Assembly (NCBI GenBank): GCA_002840365.1
Contig: PHAO01000001.1
Location: forward strand, 303,514 to 367,513
DNA: 64,000 nt
Origin: Candidatus Dojkabacteria bacterium HGW-Dojkabacteria-1
GTDB lineage: Bacteria > Patescibacteriota > Dojkabacteria > SC72
Direction of reading: 5' to 3'
Position 1 is the stretch's first letter. Each line of letters opens with the position of its first letter. Below, piece after piece: positions 28,778-37,798 of this stretch. The notes under the pieces were generated by a model, which did not search any database, was not told where the DNA came from, and saw only the letters and a list, made by a program, of their open reading frames with translations. The translations under genes were made by a program, and so were the position numbers.

Positions 28778-30313
28778 CTATATACTCTCAGTTGCTAGTA
28801 TCGTTATGGTAATATTTTTTTCTAAATAGTCAGTAGTTAAACTTGGTACTGTAATTCTAAAATCAACATTTTGAGTACTTGTTGGAGTAAGGCCAGAAAT
28901 CAGAGAGAAATATTGATCTGAGATAAAGAATTTATTCCATAGGGATCCTGAGTCTGTTGAATATTCATGAACAAAGGTATCATTACCATAAGTTGAACTT
29001 AATTCCCAAGGTACACCACCAAATGCGTTAGTGCTTTTTATTTGTAAATCAATATTTACATTTCCTGTATTTTTAATTGTTTGTGTATCACTTAAATCTA
29101 TTGTACTTCTACTTTCTGTTGCAGGTAATATACCATAGTCTATATCACCATCTGTTTCTATAGATATGGAAACTATTGGTGCTTCAGCAATTGTTGTAGT
29201 ACCGGTAATAACTACTGCCGTTGCAGGAGTAACAACGCCTGATGCTACTGTAACCTGGGTTGAAGGATTTGTAATTTGTATTTCTATAGTTTCTCCTATT
29301 TGTGCTCCAGAACCTATATCCAATTGTACATACAGGCAGGTTTGTGTAGCTCCAACACTCATACTTCCTGTAACAGTTGAACTCCCAGAGGAGAAAGAAC
29401 CAGGTGTAGAATTAAAGAGTGTTGCGTCTACAGGCTTTGATGTAGAGCAGCTACTCTCCTGCTTGTAGTAGAGTTTTAAATCTGAAAGATTTGAAGAAGA
29501 TACTGAACCTGTATGAGATATTGTTATACTCGTAACATTTCCAGACCCTTCATTCCTTACGAAGGTGAATGAACCTCCTATATTAAAATCGTTAGTATTA
29601 GGGTAAGTTTGGCTATTTTGTGTTCCAGATGTACCAACCGTTGTGGTAGGAGTATAGTGGGTAAAGTTTTCTATTCTACTGTTATATGTACTAGTTCCCC
29701 AATCAAAATCTCCTTGAGTATATCTTCCAGCCTGTCCACCAGTAGTTCTGCTTGTTCTTGTGGTATAGTAGATAACTGTCCACTCTTCCTGTCCCAAAAG
29801 AGTATTACCTAGCTGATTTGTAGTAAAAACAGGGGGGGTTCCTCCCTGTTGCCATCCACTTGTACCAACCTGTATATATACTCTTATCACAATACTGTCT
29901 GTAGTGTTGAGTATTGTTGGAGGAGGAGACCAATATCCTAATTGTGTACCTGCACCATTTCCACTTCTTTCTACTGTTGCAACTGGACTCCCACTTGTAA
30001 TTTCTGTTTCAACTCCCCCACTTGTTCTTTTCCACACCCTTATACCCCATGTCACCAGAGAACTACCACCATCTCCTGTTAATTGATAAAAAGTTGTTCT
30101 TCTTGTATTACTTTGTGCAGTTCCTAGCTGATATGCACTTAAACCATTTACTGTTTGTGTATCACCTCTAAAGTACCTTGTTTCAGAAGTAGCTTCTACA
30201 GGTTTAACTAAGGGATTTAAACTTGAAAGAAAGAAAGATAAAAAGAAAGAGATAAATACAAGTGCTGAAGTTTTTACTATCTTTAAAACAAAATCTTTAG
30301 ATACTGATAACAT
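28778..30313 (-). CDS. secreted S/T/G-rich beta-sheet surface protein
   Basis: N-terminal hydrophobic segment; Ig-like C-terminal IKNTGNVNIDL. Confidence 0.75.
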   Translation of the reverse strand: MLSVSKDFVLKIVKTSALVFISFFLSFFLSSLNPLVKPVEATSETRYFRGDTQTVNGLSAYQLGTAQSNTRRTTFYQLTGDGGSSLVTWGIRVWKRTSGGVETEITSGSPVATVERSGNGAGTQLGYWSPPPTILNTTDSIVIRVYIQVGTSGWQQGGTPPVFTTNQLGNTLLGQEEWTVIYYTTRTSRTTGGQAGRYTQGDFDWGTSTYNSRIENFTHYTPTTTVGTSGTQNSQTYPNTNDFNIGGSFTFVRNEGSGNVTSITISHTGSVSSSNLSDLKLYYKQESSCSTSKPVDATLFNSTPGSFSSGSSTVTGSMSVGATQTCLYVQLDIGSGAQIGETIEIQITNPSTQVTVASGVVTPATAVVITGTTTIAEAPIVSISIETDGDIDYGILPATESRSTIDLSDTQTIKNTGNVNIDLQIKSTNAFGGVPWELSSTYGNDTFVHEYSTDSGSLWNKFFISDQYFSLISGLTPTSTQNVDFRITVPSLTTDYLEKNITITILATESI

Positions 30314-30370
30314 TGTAAAATTATAAACGAAAAGTATATATCTATGAAGTTTTTAATAACCCTATAGGAA

Positions 30371-31717
30371 TTAATAAATAATAGGACCAAACCAACTACT
30401 ATCAATATTTAGCAAGAAATATGGAATAGAGAATATAATAAGCAGTATTAATGTTGTTAGTATTATAAATAATCTTAAATACCTGTTATTAATACTTAAC
30501 CAAAATACAGATAACAATACATAAAAAGAAGATATTACTGGAAACATATATCTACCTTGTAATGCTAGAGTGGGATATCCTCTCTTTAAATACATATCAT
30601 AGTTCTGAAAGAAAAGTAGAATTAGTAAGTAAGATATTGTAATAAAGAAGAGATATTTGTGTTCTTTCTTTAATTTTTTCCAATTATATATACCAATTAG
30701 GAAAGAAATAACTATTAAAAAAGTAAAGACTGATATTGTTAAAATATCATGATAGAAACTACTATCCCCCATTATCCCTACAGTTCTCTTAGTCATTTCC
30801 CATACCCACACGCCTGTATACCTTAGAGGATCTAATCTCTCTCCACTTAGTATCATTTCTTTAAGATTTACTTCTACCGCAGGCATAGTAATCATATCTC
30901 TGTAATATACTCCGTTCTCCAAACATTGTTCATGGGTTAAAACTTTCTCACAACTAGGAGTAAGTTCTTGATATTTTAGTAAGTTGTTTCCATACAGTAA
31001 GATATTTAAGGTTCCAAAGAGTAATAGGGGTACAATGTAAAAAAGATCTCTCTTTTTAAAGCTTTCTTTCCATATATTGAAGTTTTTAATAAATTCAAAA
31101 AGCAAGAATATTACAAGTATTACTGCTAGTGGAACTATAGTGAACTTTGTTAAAGTTCCTAAACAAAGCATTAATATTGTTAAAAGTGGATACTTGAATT
31201 CTCCTTTGTATTTTATTGTTTTAACAAAAAACAGTATCGCAAATGTAGCAAACATGTTCCCTAAGTTGTCGTAATTAATTGAACTTGAAAGAAGTAAAAA
31301 CATTAATGTATTAGTTATTAATACCAATGGTATTAATCTTGCCCACTTGTTCTTAATTACTTCCTTAGAAAGCAAATATACTCCTACTAATGTAAGAAGT
31401 GAGTACACAATATTTATTATCCTAAGGAGAATTACATGATTGAATTCAAATATACTGTCATTTAGATTAAGTATTCTTCCATTTGTCCAAAAGTATAAAT
31501 ATGGAATATTAGTTATATCTCTCCATTGATATGTTACCTCTGCGTTCTCTGGAATTGTGAGTGTTGTCGAATATGTCTGTGATACTCTCAGGTGGTACCA
31601 AGAGTCCGGTGATATTTCCATTTTTACATTGAGTGCTAGATACAGGGTAAATGCAGCAAATATCAAAAAGATTAATCCTAGTATCAAATTGTATTTATTT
31701 ATTACTTTCTTTAACAA
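30371..31717 (-). CDS. GT-C fold membrane glycosyltransferase (ArnT/PMT-like)
   Basis: SPDSWYH, SSSINYDNL, LTK, QGRYMFP; many TM helices. Confidence 0.8.
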   Translation of the reverse strand: MLKKVINKYNLILGLIFLIFAAFTLYLALNVKMEISPDSWYHLRVSQTYSTTLTIPENAEVTYQWRDITNIPYLYFWTNGRILNLNDSIFEFNHVILLRIINIVYSLLTLVGVYLLSKEVIKNKWARLIPLVLITNTLMFLLLSSSINYDNLGNMFATFAILFFVKTIKYKGEFKYPLLTILMLCLGTLTKFTIVPLAVILVIFLLFEFIKNFNIWKESFKKRDLFYIVPLLLFGTLNILLYGNNLLKYQELTPSCEKVLTHEQCLENGVYYRDMITMPAVEVNLKEMILSGERLDPLRYTGVWVWEMTKRTVGIMGDSSFYHDILTISVFTFLIVISFLIGIYNWKKLKKEHKYLFFITISYLLILLFFQNYDMYLKRGYPTLALQGRYMFPVISSFYVLLSVFWLSINNRYLRLFIILTTLILLIIFSIPYFLLNIDSSWFGPIIY

Positions 31718-32672
31718 AGAAGATATCTTTCAATTTAAATTTCTTTACAAAGAGAGAAATCAGAATTAACAATCCAAGTAAGAGAAAAAACATTATGCCT
31801 CTATCAAGGAATGCTAATTGCATTACCTGTTCATTGGTTATCCCAATAGATTCGGATGTTACAAAAAAGACTGCTTCCCTTAATCCTAGTGAACCTGGTG
31901 TAATACTGATTAGTAGTGATACACCAGAAAGACATGTGTAAAGGAGTATATCTAAGATAGTAGCCTTTATTCCAAGACCAATGAATTCAATATAGTTTAT
32001 TATTCCATTTAATAGGATATTTCCTGTTGTGATAAATATTAAGGAAAGGAATAGTTTTTCTTTTCTTACAATCATATCCCAACTATTCATAAATTTGTTA
32101 AGTATTGTAAGTACTTTCTCAATATATTTATTACCTTTAATATTCTTTAGGTTAATGGTCTTTCTAAAGAGAATTACTCCTAGAGTTATAATGAAGAGAA
32201 ACACAAAAAAGATTGTTACTAAGGGGTATGTATTCCCTGTGTTTATGTATTTAGAGATTAAAGAGAGTAATGCAAAAAAGGCATTAATAAGAAAAAGTAA
32301 TATGTAGTATGCATAAAGAGTAGAAAGAAACTTAGAATATTCAAATTGATATTTATTTTTTAAATATGTAGCTCTAAATATTGCACCAGCTCTCATTGGA
32401 AGTAGGTAGTTACCAATTCTTGATATAGTTGAGAGATAGTATGCTTCCTTTAAGTCTATCTTCTTATCAAATACATTTAAGGTTACTTTAATGAAGATTC
32501 CTTCTAGAAGAAATACTAGTAGGAATATTCCCATTATTAAAGCAATATATATTGGATTTATTTGTAACAGTACTGAAAGAATCTGTTGATTGTTATATAG
32601 ATATATTCCGAAAAGGATTAATACGATTACTGTTAGTAGAGTAGATATACTGTTTTTAGAAAACATTTTCAT
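31695..32672 (-). CDS. lysylphosphatidylglycerol synthase TM-domain/flippase-like protein
   Basis: GNYLLPMRAG, ITPGSLGLREA, LDRG. Confidence 0.85.
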   Translation of the reverse strand: MKMFSKNSISTLLTVIVLILFGIYLYNNQQILSVLLQINPIYIALIMGIFLLVFLLEGIFIKVTLNVFDKKIDLKEAYYLSTISRIGNYLLPMRAGAIFRATYLKNKYQFEYSKFLSTLYAYYILLFLINAFFALLSLISKYINTGNTYPLVTIFFVFLFIITLGVILFRKTINLKNIKGNKYIEKVLTILNKFMNSWDMIVRKEKLFLSLIFITTGNILLNGIINYIEFIGLGIKATILDILLYTCLSGVSLLISITPGSLGLREAVFFVTSESIGITNEQVMQLAFLDRGIMFFLLLGLLILISLFVKKFKLKDIFFVKESNK

Positions 32673-32710
32673 CTTGTATGTAGATATTTTAGACTCTGTA
32701 TTATATCAAA

Positions 32711-33736
32711 TTACTTCCTATCAACTTTTGTATATATTGAAGAGGAAATCTCCTTTAGAATTTCTTGTAAGCTTTCAAAATTAGAACCTTTTGTCATTAC
32801 ACAAAGAAGATATGGTTTGGTAGGATGATAGATTATTCCACAATCGTGTAATTGTTTTCTTTCATAGATTAGTGCATCTTTATACTCTCTTTCTCCAAAT
32901 TTATTTGAAATTTTTACATTTTCTGGTATTCCTGCAGAGAGTCCATCATCATACTCGGTTTGTGAAAGAACTTTTAATGCTTTCTCTGACATCTCCTTAT
33001 TTAAATATGAAGCATTGTAAAGAATTCTAAAGAAAGAAGCATAATCTTTTACTGTCATTGTATTTTCATTTTCTGGTTCATATGGATTTCTTAGACCTAA
33101 ATCTGTGTATATTTTTGCTAAATTTTCATAAGTAGTTAATTGTTCAATGGGGTATAGAGCATCATTATCAGAATAGATAATTAATTGTTCTACTAATCTA
33201 TCAAGGGTATATGTTTTTCCTTCTTCAAGATGATTTTCAGGAAGGAAATTTTGTGTAGCGCCAGTTTCCTCCCTTGTGAACACGATACTCTTTTCTAAAA
33301 GGTCTTTTTGTGATTCAGCTAATTTGTAAGTAGCAATCATAATTGGAAGCTTCAAAAGACTTGCTGGAGAAAAGGTTTCATCTTCATTTATTCCTATCCA
33401 TGCACCAGAGTTAAGATCTTTGTAATAGATAGAAATATGGGAGATGTTACTAATTCTATAATTTCCTATTTTTTCATCTATATAGCTTTGTAAATCTTTC
33501 TCTAACTTAACTAATTCCCCTATTTTTGCAGAATCAGTAGTTTCAAAATCAATTAAAGGATTAATAAATTCATATCCTCCCTCTCTTGTTTGTTTGTAAG
33601 CAAAATTCTCTTCTGATGGAAAAAATACTTTGTAAAGGATTCCCAAAGTAAAGCCAAGTATAAAGAAGAAAAACATTAAGATATATGAAATAGTTTTGTA
33701 AAGTTCCTTCTTTTCGTTGTCTTTCTTCTTACTCAT
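32711..33736 (-). CDS. class A beta-lactamase-like serine hydrolase
   Basis: PASLLK (SxxK), SDN, NKFG in place of KTG, HDCGII; N-terminal TM. Confidence 0.85.
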   Translation of the reverse strand: MSKKKDNEKKELYKTISYILMFFFFILGFTLGILYKVFFPSEENFAYKQTREGGYEFINPLIDFETTDSAKIGELVKLEKDLQSYIDEKIGNYRISNISHISIYYKDLNSGAWIGINEDETFSPASLLKLPIMIATYKLAESQKDLLEKSIVFTREETGATQNFLPENHLEEGKTYTLDRLVEQLIIYSDNDALYPIEQLTTYENLAKIYTDLGLRNPYEPENENTMTVKDYASFFRILYNASYLNKEMSEKALKVLSQTEYDDGLSAGIPENVKISNKFGEREYKDALIYERKQLHDCGIIYHPTKPYLLCVMTKGSNFESLQEILKEISSSIYTKVDRK

Positions 33737-33743
33737 ATCATTA

Positions 33744-33771
33744 ATTCTATCTTTAAAGTATCAATTGTCAA
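33744..33771 (-). promoter_or_regulatory. sigma70 promoter of the serine hydrolase gene (leaderless)
   Basis: TTGACA-16-TAGAAT-7-ATG on the minus strand. Confidence 0.7.
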
Positions 33772-33793
33772 TGATTAATATTAAGAAGAGATA

Positions 33794-33822
33794 TTGCACA
33801 AAAAGAGAGCTTATAGTATAAT
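33794..33822 (+). promoter_or_regulatory. sigma70 promoter driving the putative ncRNA
   Basis: TTGCAC-17-TATAAT. Confidence 0.8.
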
Positions 33823-33828
33823 GTACGT

Positions 33829-34160
33829 GTTCATTTCAAACCCCGGCTCAACAGAGCCACCTCAGAGAGGTAAAAGGGGAACATTAAAAGGATAGGAGTT
33901 GGCAAAGAGGCTTCCCGCTCAGGGGAGATAGCCAGTCGGCACATCAACCGTCCCATAGAGGGCGCGCCGATTTCCAGTGTATCTGCAGATACATTGGAAG
34001 CTTCGAGGAAACAGTTTGTTAGGGACTGGCGTTATGTCATTCTCTTTCAAGAAAAAGGAAATCCAAGGCGTAGCTTTGGGTTCTGTTTCCCCTAGGGATA
34101 TTATTACAGGTAGAAGTCATCTACTCACATAAATCCCCAGGTCCATCCTTTATTTTTTTT
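33829..34160 (+). ncRNA. unidentified large structured non-coding RNA
   Basis: GC-richer region with no long ORF, about 10 nested helices with G-U pairs on the + strand, a closing helix AAAGGAT/ATCCTTT, a T-run, and an upstream consensus promoter. Confidence 0.72.
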
Positions 34161-34162
34161 CT

Positions 34163-34537
34163 TTACATTTCACAAGTCCACTCTTTTGGATAGCACTCTG
34201 AACAGAGGAATTTTAGATTTCTTCCTAAAGATGTTACACAGAATTTACTACAATATCCTATTACTTCCCCTGTATCCAATTTAAGAAAAGAGTATGGTCT
34301 AAGTGGTTTCTCACATGACCAATCGCATTCAACAATTCCAATATTCTCACATCTAAATATAATCAAACACTCTCCTTTCTTGTGTTGCTCCAATCTTTCT
34401 AAATCCATATATACCCCTAAAGGAGGATTGGTAGATTTTTCAAAAAAGTATTGAATATCATCTTTGTATTTATAGAGAAAGGAAAAAGAGAGTAGTATGA
34501 GTAGTGATCCGAATATGAAAAAATCTTTCTTATGCAT
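34163..34537 (-). CDS. Cys-rich membrane-anchored hypothetical protein
   Basis: N-terminal TM, nine Cys; TGaTATACT 7 nt before the ATG. Confidence 0.75.
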   Translation of the reverse strand: MHKKDFFIFGSLLILLSFSFLYKYKDDIQYFFEKSTNPPLGVYMDLERLEQHKKGECLIIFRCENIGIVECDWSCEKPLRPYSFLKLDTGEVIGYCSKFCVTSLGRNLKFLCSECYPKEWTCEM

Positions 34538-34565
34538 GATTAATAGTATATCAAAGAGAGAGAAA

Positions 34566-34880
34566 TTATTGTTGTCCTATTACAAGGATTGAGAAAAGAA
34601 TTAAACCTAATGTAATTATTCCAAAAATACCAACAGTTTTTAAGAAAAGTTTAACTGCTTCTTCTTTTTTACCTTCCAGAAAGAGTGTAATTGGTTTAAA
34701 ACAAAATATATATCCCATCACAGCTGCAGAGAGTGTAAAAAGGGATATGACCATAACAGGCATTATATATTGAGCTAATCCTGAATTCACTTCTGTTTCA
34801 TCTATTATGTTTATTGTAAATACAACGACTACAATATATGCCAATGCAACAAGGGAATTAACAAAAGGATTTTTACTCAT
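34566..34880 (-). CDS. small 3-TM hypothetical membrane protein
   Basis: Hydrophobic 104-aa ORF. Confidence 0.78.
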   Translation of the reverse strand: MSKNPFVNSLVALAYIVVVVFTINIIDETEVNSGLAQYIMPVMVISLFTLSAAVMGYIFCFKPITLFLEGKKEEAVKLFLKTVGIFGIITLGLILFSILVIGQQ

Positions 34881-35038
34881 ATCTATATTCTAGATTTATA
34901 CAAGGATTCAGTCAAGGAACTTCCCGTATATGACATCTTCCTGAACCTTAAGTTAAACTTTGAAATAGACTTTACAAAGTTGAATTACCTCTTATATGTT
35001 TGATGTATAATGAATAAGTTAAATTGATATAAAACATT

Positions 35039-35578
35039 ATGAGAAAAGATATTACAATGCCAAATGATGAAATCATCTCAATTACAAAAAACTTTTCAAA
35101 AAATAAATATAAAGCAATATTTGAAAGCATGTTTTGGATTAAGAAGAACCTAGAAAAGATGGATTATGATAGAGGATTGTTCAGAAAGAGAGATGCTTCG
35201 GAAATTGTAAAATCTAAGAAATTTATGGGTTGCACGGATGTTGGTTTAGTTTTTATCTCCTTAATGAGGTCGTTAGGAATTAAAGCAACCTATATGGAAA
35301 CTATTTCGGAAGGAACACTTGTTGATTTTATAAAATATCCTGATAAAGAAATATCTATTTCAGGTCATATATTCGTAAGAGTAGAGATTGAAGATATTTC
35401 AATGATAGTTGATCCTATGACATTTCAGATACTTTTAATAAATAATCTTCCCGCTCATTCTATGTTCTCAGATGCCGTCATAATTGCTGAAGGAAAAGAT
35501 TTTGTTGAATTAGATATGAATAGTGAAGAGAAAATCAGAAAAAACACAATAAAATTTGTTAAGAAGACTTTTAAATAA
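35039..35578 (+). CDS. transglutaminase-like domain protein
   Basis: GCTD...RSLGI, GHIF, VDP (C-H-D triad). Confidence 0.78.
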   Translation: MRKDITMPNDEIISITKNFSKNKYKAIFESMFWIKKNLEKMDYDRGLFRKRDASEIVKSKKFMGCTDVGLVFISLMRSLGIKATYMETISEGTLVDFIKYPDKEISISGHIFVRVEIEDISMIVDPMTFQILLINNLPAHSMFSDAVIIAEGKDFVELDMNSEEKIRKNTIKFVKKTFK

Positions 35579-35584
35579 AGGAAA

Positions 35585-35656
35585 CTCCGCGACCAGGACT
35601 CGAACCTGGAACCAAACGGTTAACAGCCGTTCGCTCTACCATTGAGCTATCGCGGA
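35585..35656 (-). tRNA. tRNA-Asn(GTT), CCA not encoded
   Basis: Acceptor TCCGCGA/TCGCGGA plus G73; anticodon arm AACGG-CT-GTT-AA-CCGTT. Confidence 0.97.
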
Positions 35657-35707
35657 ATATCAATAGTACAGACCTATTATATATTCCAACTATTCATTCT
35701 GCAAGAA

Positions 35708-36151
35708 CTATTCTAAGTTGTAAGCAGCATATTTCTGATCAAGTATATCTATTAATACCGCAGAAGCTCTTTGATCAAAATATGGAAGTAATCTGAGATA
35801 GTAAGTTTGTTGCTCTGTTTCTATTACGGGTATTAAATCATGTATATCTCTAGATTCTGTCTGTGCAGAGAGCCTATTTGATTCTTCTAATAGGTGTATG
35901 CCTTCCTCTGTTTCAAAATTCATTTCCCAAATAACATCTTTATCCTCTGATGCTATGGCAACTATTCCAGAAGGGGTAATAACTAATCTATGTGCTCGAA
36001 CGGTATTATCATGTAATTTTTCAATGTAGAAAGGAAGGATATCAACATTTACAACATCAAATAGTTCTGAGTATGCCTCTAGAATTTCTTCTTTTCCAAC
36101 AACTAATACAAATTTGTTAGGATTATTTAAAATATTATCTTCTTTATCCAT
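35708..36151 (-). CDS. hypothetical protein
   Basis: 147-aa ORF. Confidence 0.72.
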   Translation of the reverse strand: MDKEDNILNNPNKFVLVVGKEEILEAYSELFDVVNVDILPFYIEKLHDNTVRAHRLVITPSGIVAIASEDKDVIWEMNFETEEGIHLLEESNRLSAQTESRDIHDLIPVIETEQQTYYLRLLPYFDQRASAVLIDILDQKYAAYNLE

Positions 36152-36254
36152 GCTAATCTGAGAATATATTATTATAGGATATTATATCAATCGCTTACTG
36201 TTTTATAAAGGAATAATATTAATGTAATATATTAATATATAACTTGTAACAAGT

Positions 36255-36854
36255 ATGCTCATGACTCTAGAAGAGATTAAGATAAGTTTTGTTGGAATGG
36301 AACCAACAGAACCTATTAAAAAGTATGTAGTAGATAAAATAGGTAAACATGAACATCTTTGGAAAGAAGCTACGAATATAGAGGTATTTTTGAAAGAGTA
36401 TGTAAATAGTAGGGGAGTAGAACACGACTTCAGAGTAGATATTAATGTATTCTTACCTAATTCAACTGTAAGAGTTGAAGTAACAGGTTCTGATATGTAT
36501 GCAAATATTGATGAAGCTTCTGATACTCTTGCAAGAAGATTGAGAAGATATACTGATAGAAAAACATATTGGGAAGGTGCTACACCATGGAAGGTATTAG
36601 AAGCTGATGCTCTAAACAGTACACCAGTTGAGAGTATTGATGATTATTCTGATTATGTACCAAGTATTTCTGTAAGAAAGAAGATTGAAGATATGAGTCC
36701 TTTAGAAGAAGGAGAAGCAATTGAGAGAATGGAACTTCTTGGATACGACCAATTGTTATTTAGAAGTAAGAAAACAGGAAAGATATCAATGCTTTACAAG
36801 AGAAAAGGTGGTGATTATGGATTGGTAGAACCTGCAGATAACGGGTTGAAGTAA
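36255..36854 (+). CDS. hpf: long ribosome hibernation promoting factor (HPF/RaiA)
   Basis: DMYANIDEASDTLARRLRRY; C-terminal EAIERMELLGYD...YKRKGGDYGL. Confidence 0.92.
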   Translation: MLMTLEEIKISFVGMEPTEPIKKYVVDKIGKHEHLWKEATNIEVFLKEYVNSRGVEHDFRVDINVFLPNSTVRVEVTGSDMYANIDEASDTLARRLRRYTDRKTYWEGATPWKVLEADALNSTPVESIDDYSDYVPSISVRKKIEDMSPLEEGEAIERMELLGYDQLLFRSKKTGKISMLYKRKGGDYGLVEPADNGLK

Positions 36855-36860
36855 AAAAAG

Positions 36861-36886
36861 AAAGGGGGCTAATGCCCCCTTTTATT
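36861..36886. terminator. bidirectional intrinsic terminator
   Basis: AAAGGGGGC-TAAT-GCCCCCTTT with A/T tails, between convergent genes. Confidence 0.85.
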
Positions 36887-36902
36887 TCCAATTTTAATAA
36901 CT

Positions 36903-37715
36903 TTATTCTTGATTTGTATTTACGCTATTAAACAAATTCTTGAATATATTTATTGTTGTAGTTAATACTCCATATTTTGGTTTTTCAGTTGCATTATTTT
37001 GTATCTTGTAATCAGTGTATAGTCCGTCAATCCAAGTATACTTCTGATTTTCAACCTCTTGTTGTAGGAAGATATCTTTGGTCTCATCTTTAAATTGCTC
37101 ATAGTCAAGCTTTTCCCCCTCTTCTAATGCTGCAGTTTCATTTGGGAATATTATTGCACTATATTGATCAAAGAATGCTTTAACATCTTCTTCGGTGTAT
37201 TGAATTGAAGGTTCTAAAATCTTTTTTGTAATAATGTCTAATTCAATTTGATCCTTTAGTTCTTGTTCTGTAAGATTGTTTGCAGTTAGTGCTGCTTCAT
37301 ATGTTTCCTGACCACCTATACTTCTGATAATTTCGTCTAATCTATCTTGTACTTCTTCTTTAGTTGCTTCCACTCCAGCGCTCTTAGCCTCTTGTCTAAT
37401 AATTTCTTCATCAATCATTTGTTTTGCTACTGATTGTCCATAAAGGCTTTCTAGTTTAGCATGGTATGTACTTCTTGAGATTCTTGATCCATTAACAACA
37501 GCTACACTGTAATCATTATTAAGATATTGGATTAAGAAATCTACTAATATGAAAGATACAAATACTACAACGACAGTCAATACTGGCTTAGCAAATCTTT
37601 TATAATTTCCTAAATCAGGCTTTGTAAATTTAAATTTAATATTGGGCTTTTTTATTCTAATCGTGGATTTTGAAACCTTTTCTGATTTCTCTGGTTTACT
37701 TTTTGCTTTTGCCAT
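36903..37715 (-). CDS. SurA N-terminal/PrsA-like foldase
   Basis: VAVVNGSRIS, QMIDEEIIRQEA; TM anchor; no obvious PPIase domain. Confidence 0.8.
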   Translation of the reverse strand: MAKAKSKPEKSEKVSKSTIRIKKPNIKFKFTKPDLGNYKRFAKPVLTVVVVFVSFILVDFLIQYLNNDYSVAVVNGSRISRSTYHAKLESLYGQSVAKQMIDEEIIRQEAKSAGVEATKEEVQDRLDEIIRSIGGQETYEAALTANNLTEQELKDQIELDIITKKILEPSIQYTEEDVKAFFDQYSAIIFPNETAALEEGEKLDYEQFKDETKDIFLQQEVENQKYTWIDGLYTDYKIQNNATEKPKYGVLTTTINIFKNLFNSVNTNQE

Positions 37716-37798
37716 TTGGCTCTATATGAAAAATTAAAATAAACTTATAGTTTAAGCTTAAGAAAGTTTAGCAGAAACTTTTCTAATTAGCAAAGACA

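Noticed and set aside
33829-34160. RNase P RNA, tmRNA, SRP RNA, raiA motif or intron identity for the structured region
   Set aside because: Only short partial resemblances (GAGGAAAC, CAGGTCC, GCCAGTCG); the diagnostic conserved motifs and their order are missing, so it is left unassigned
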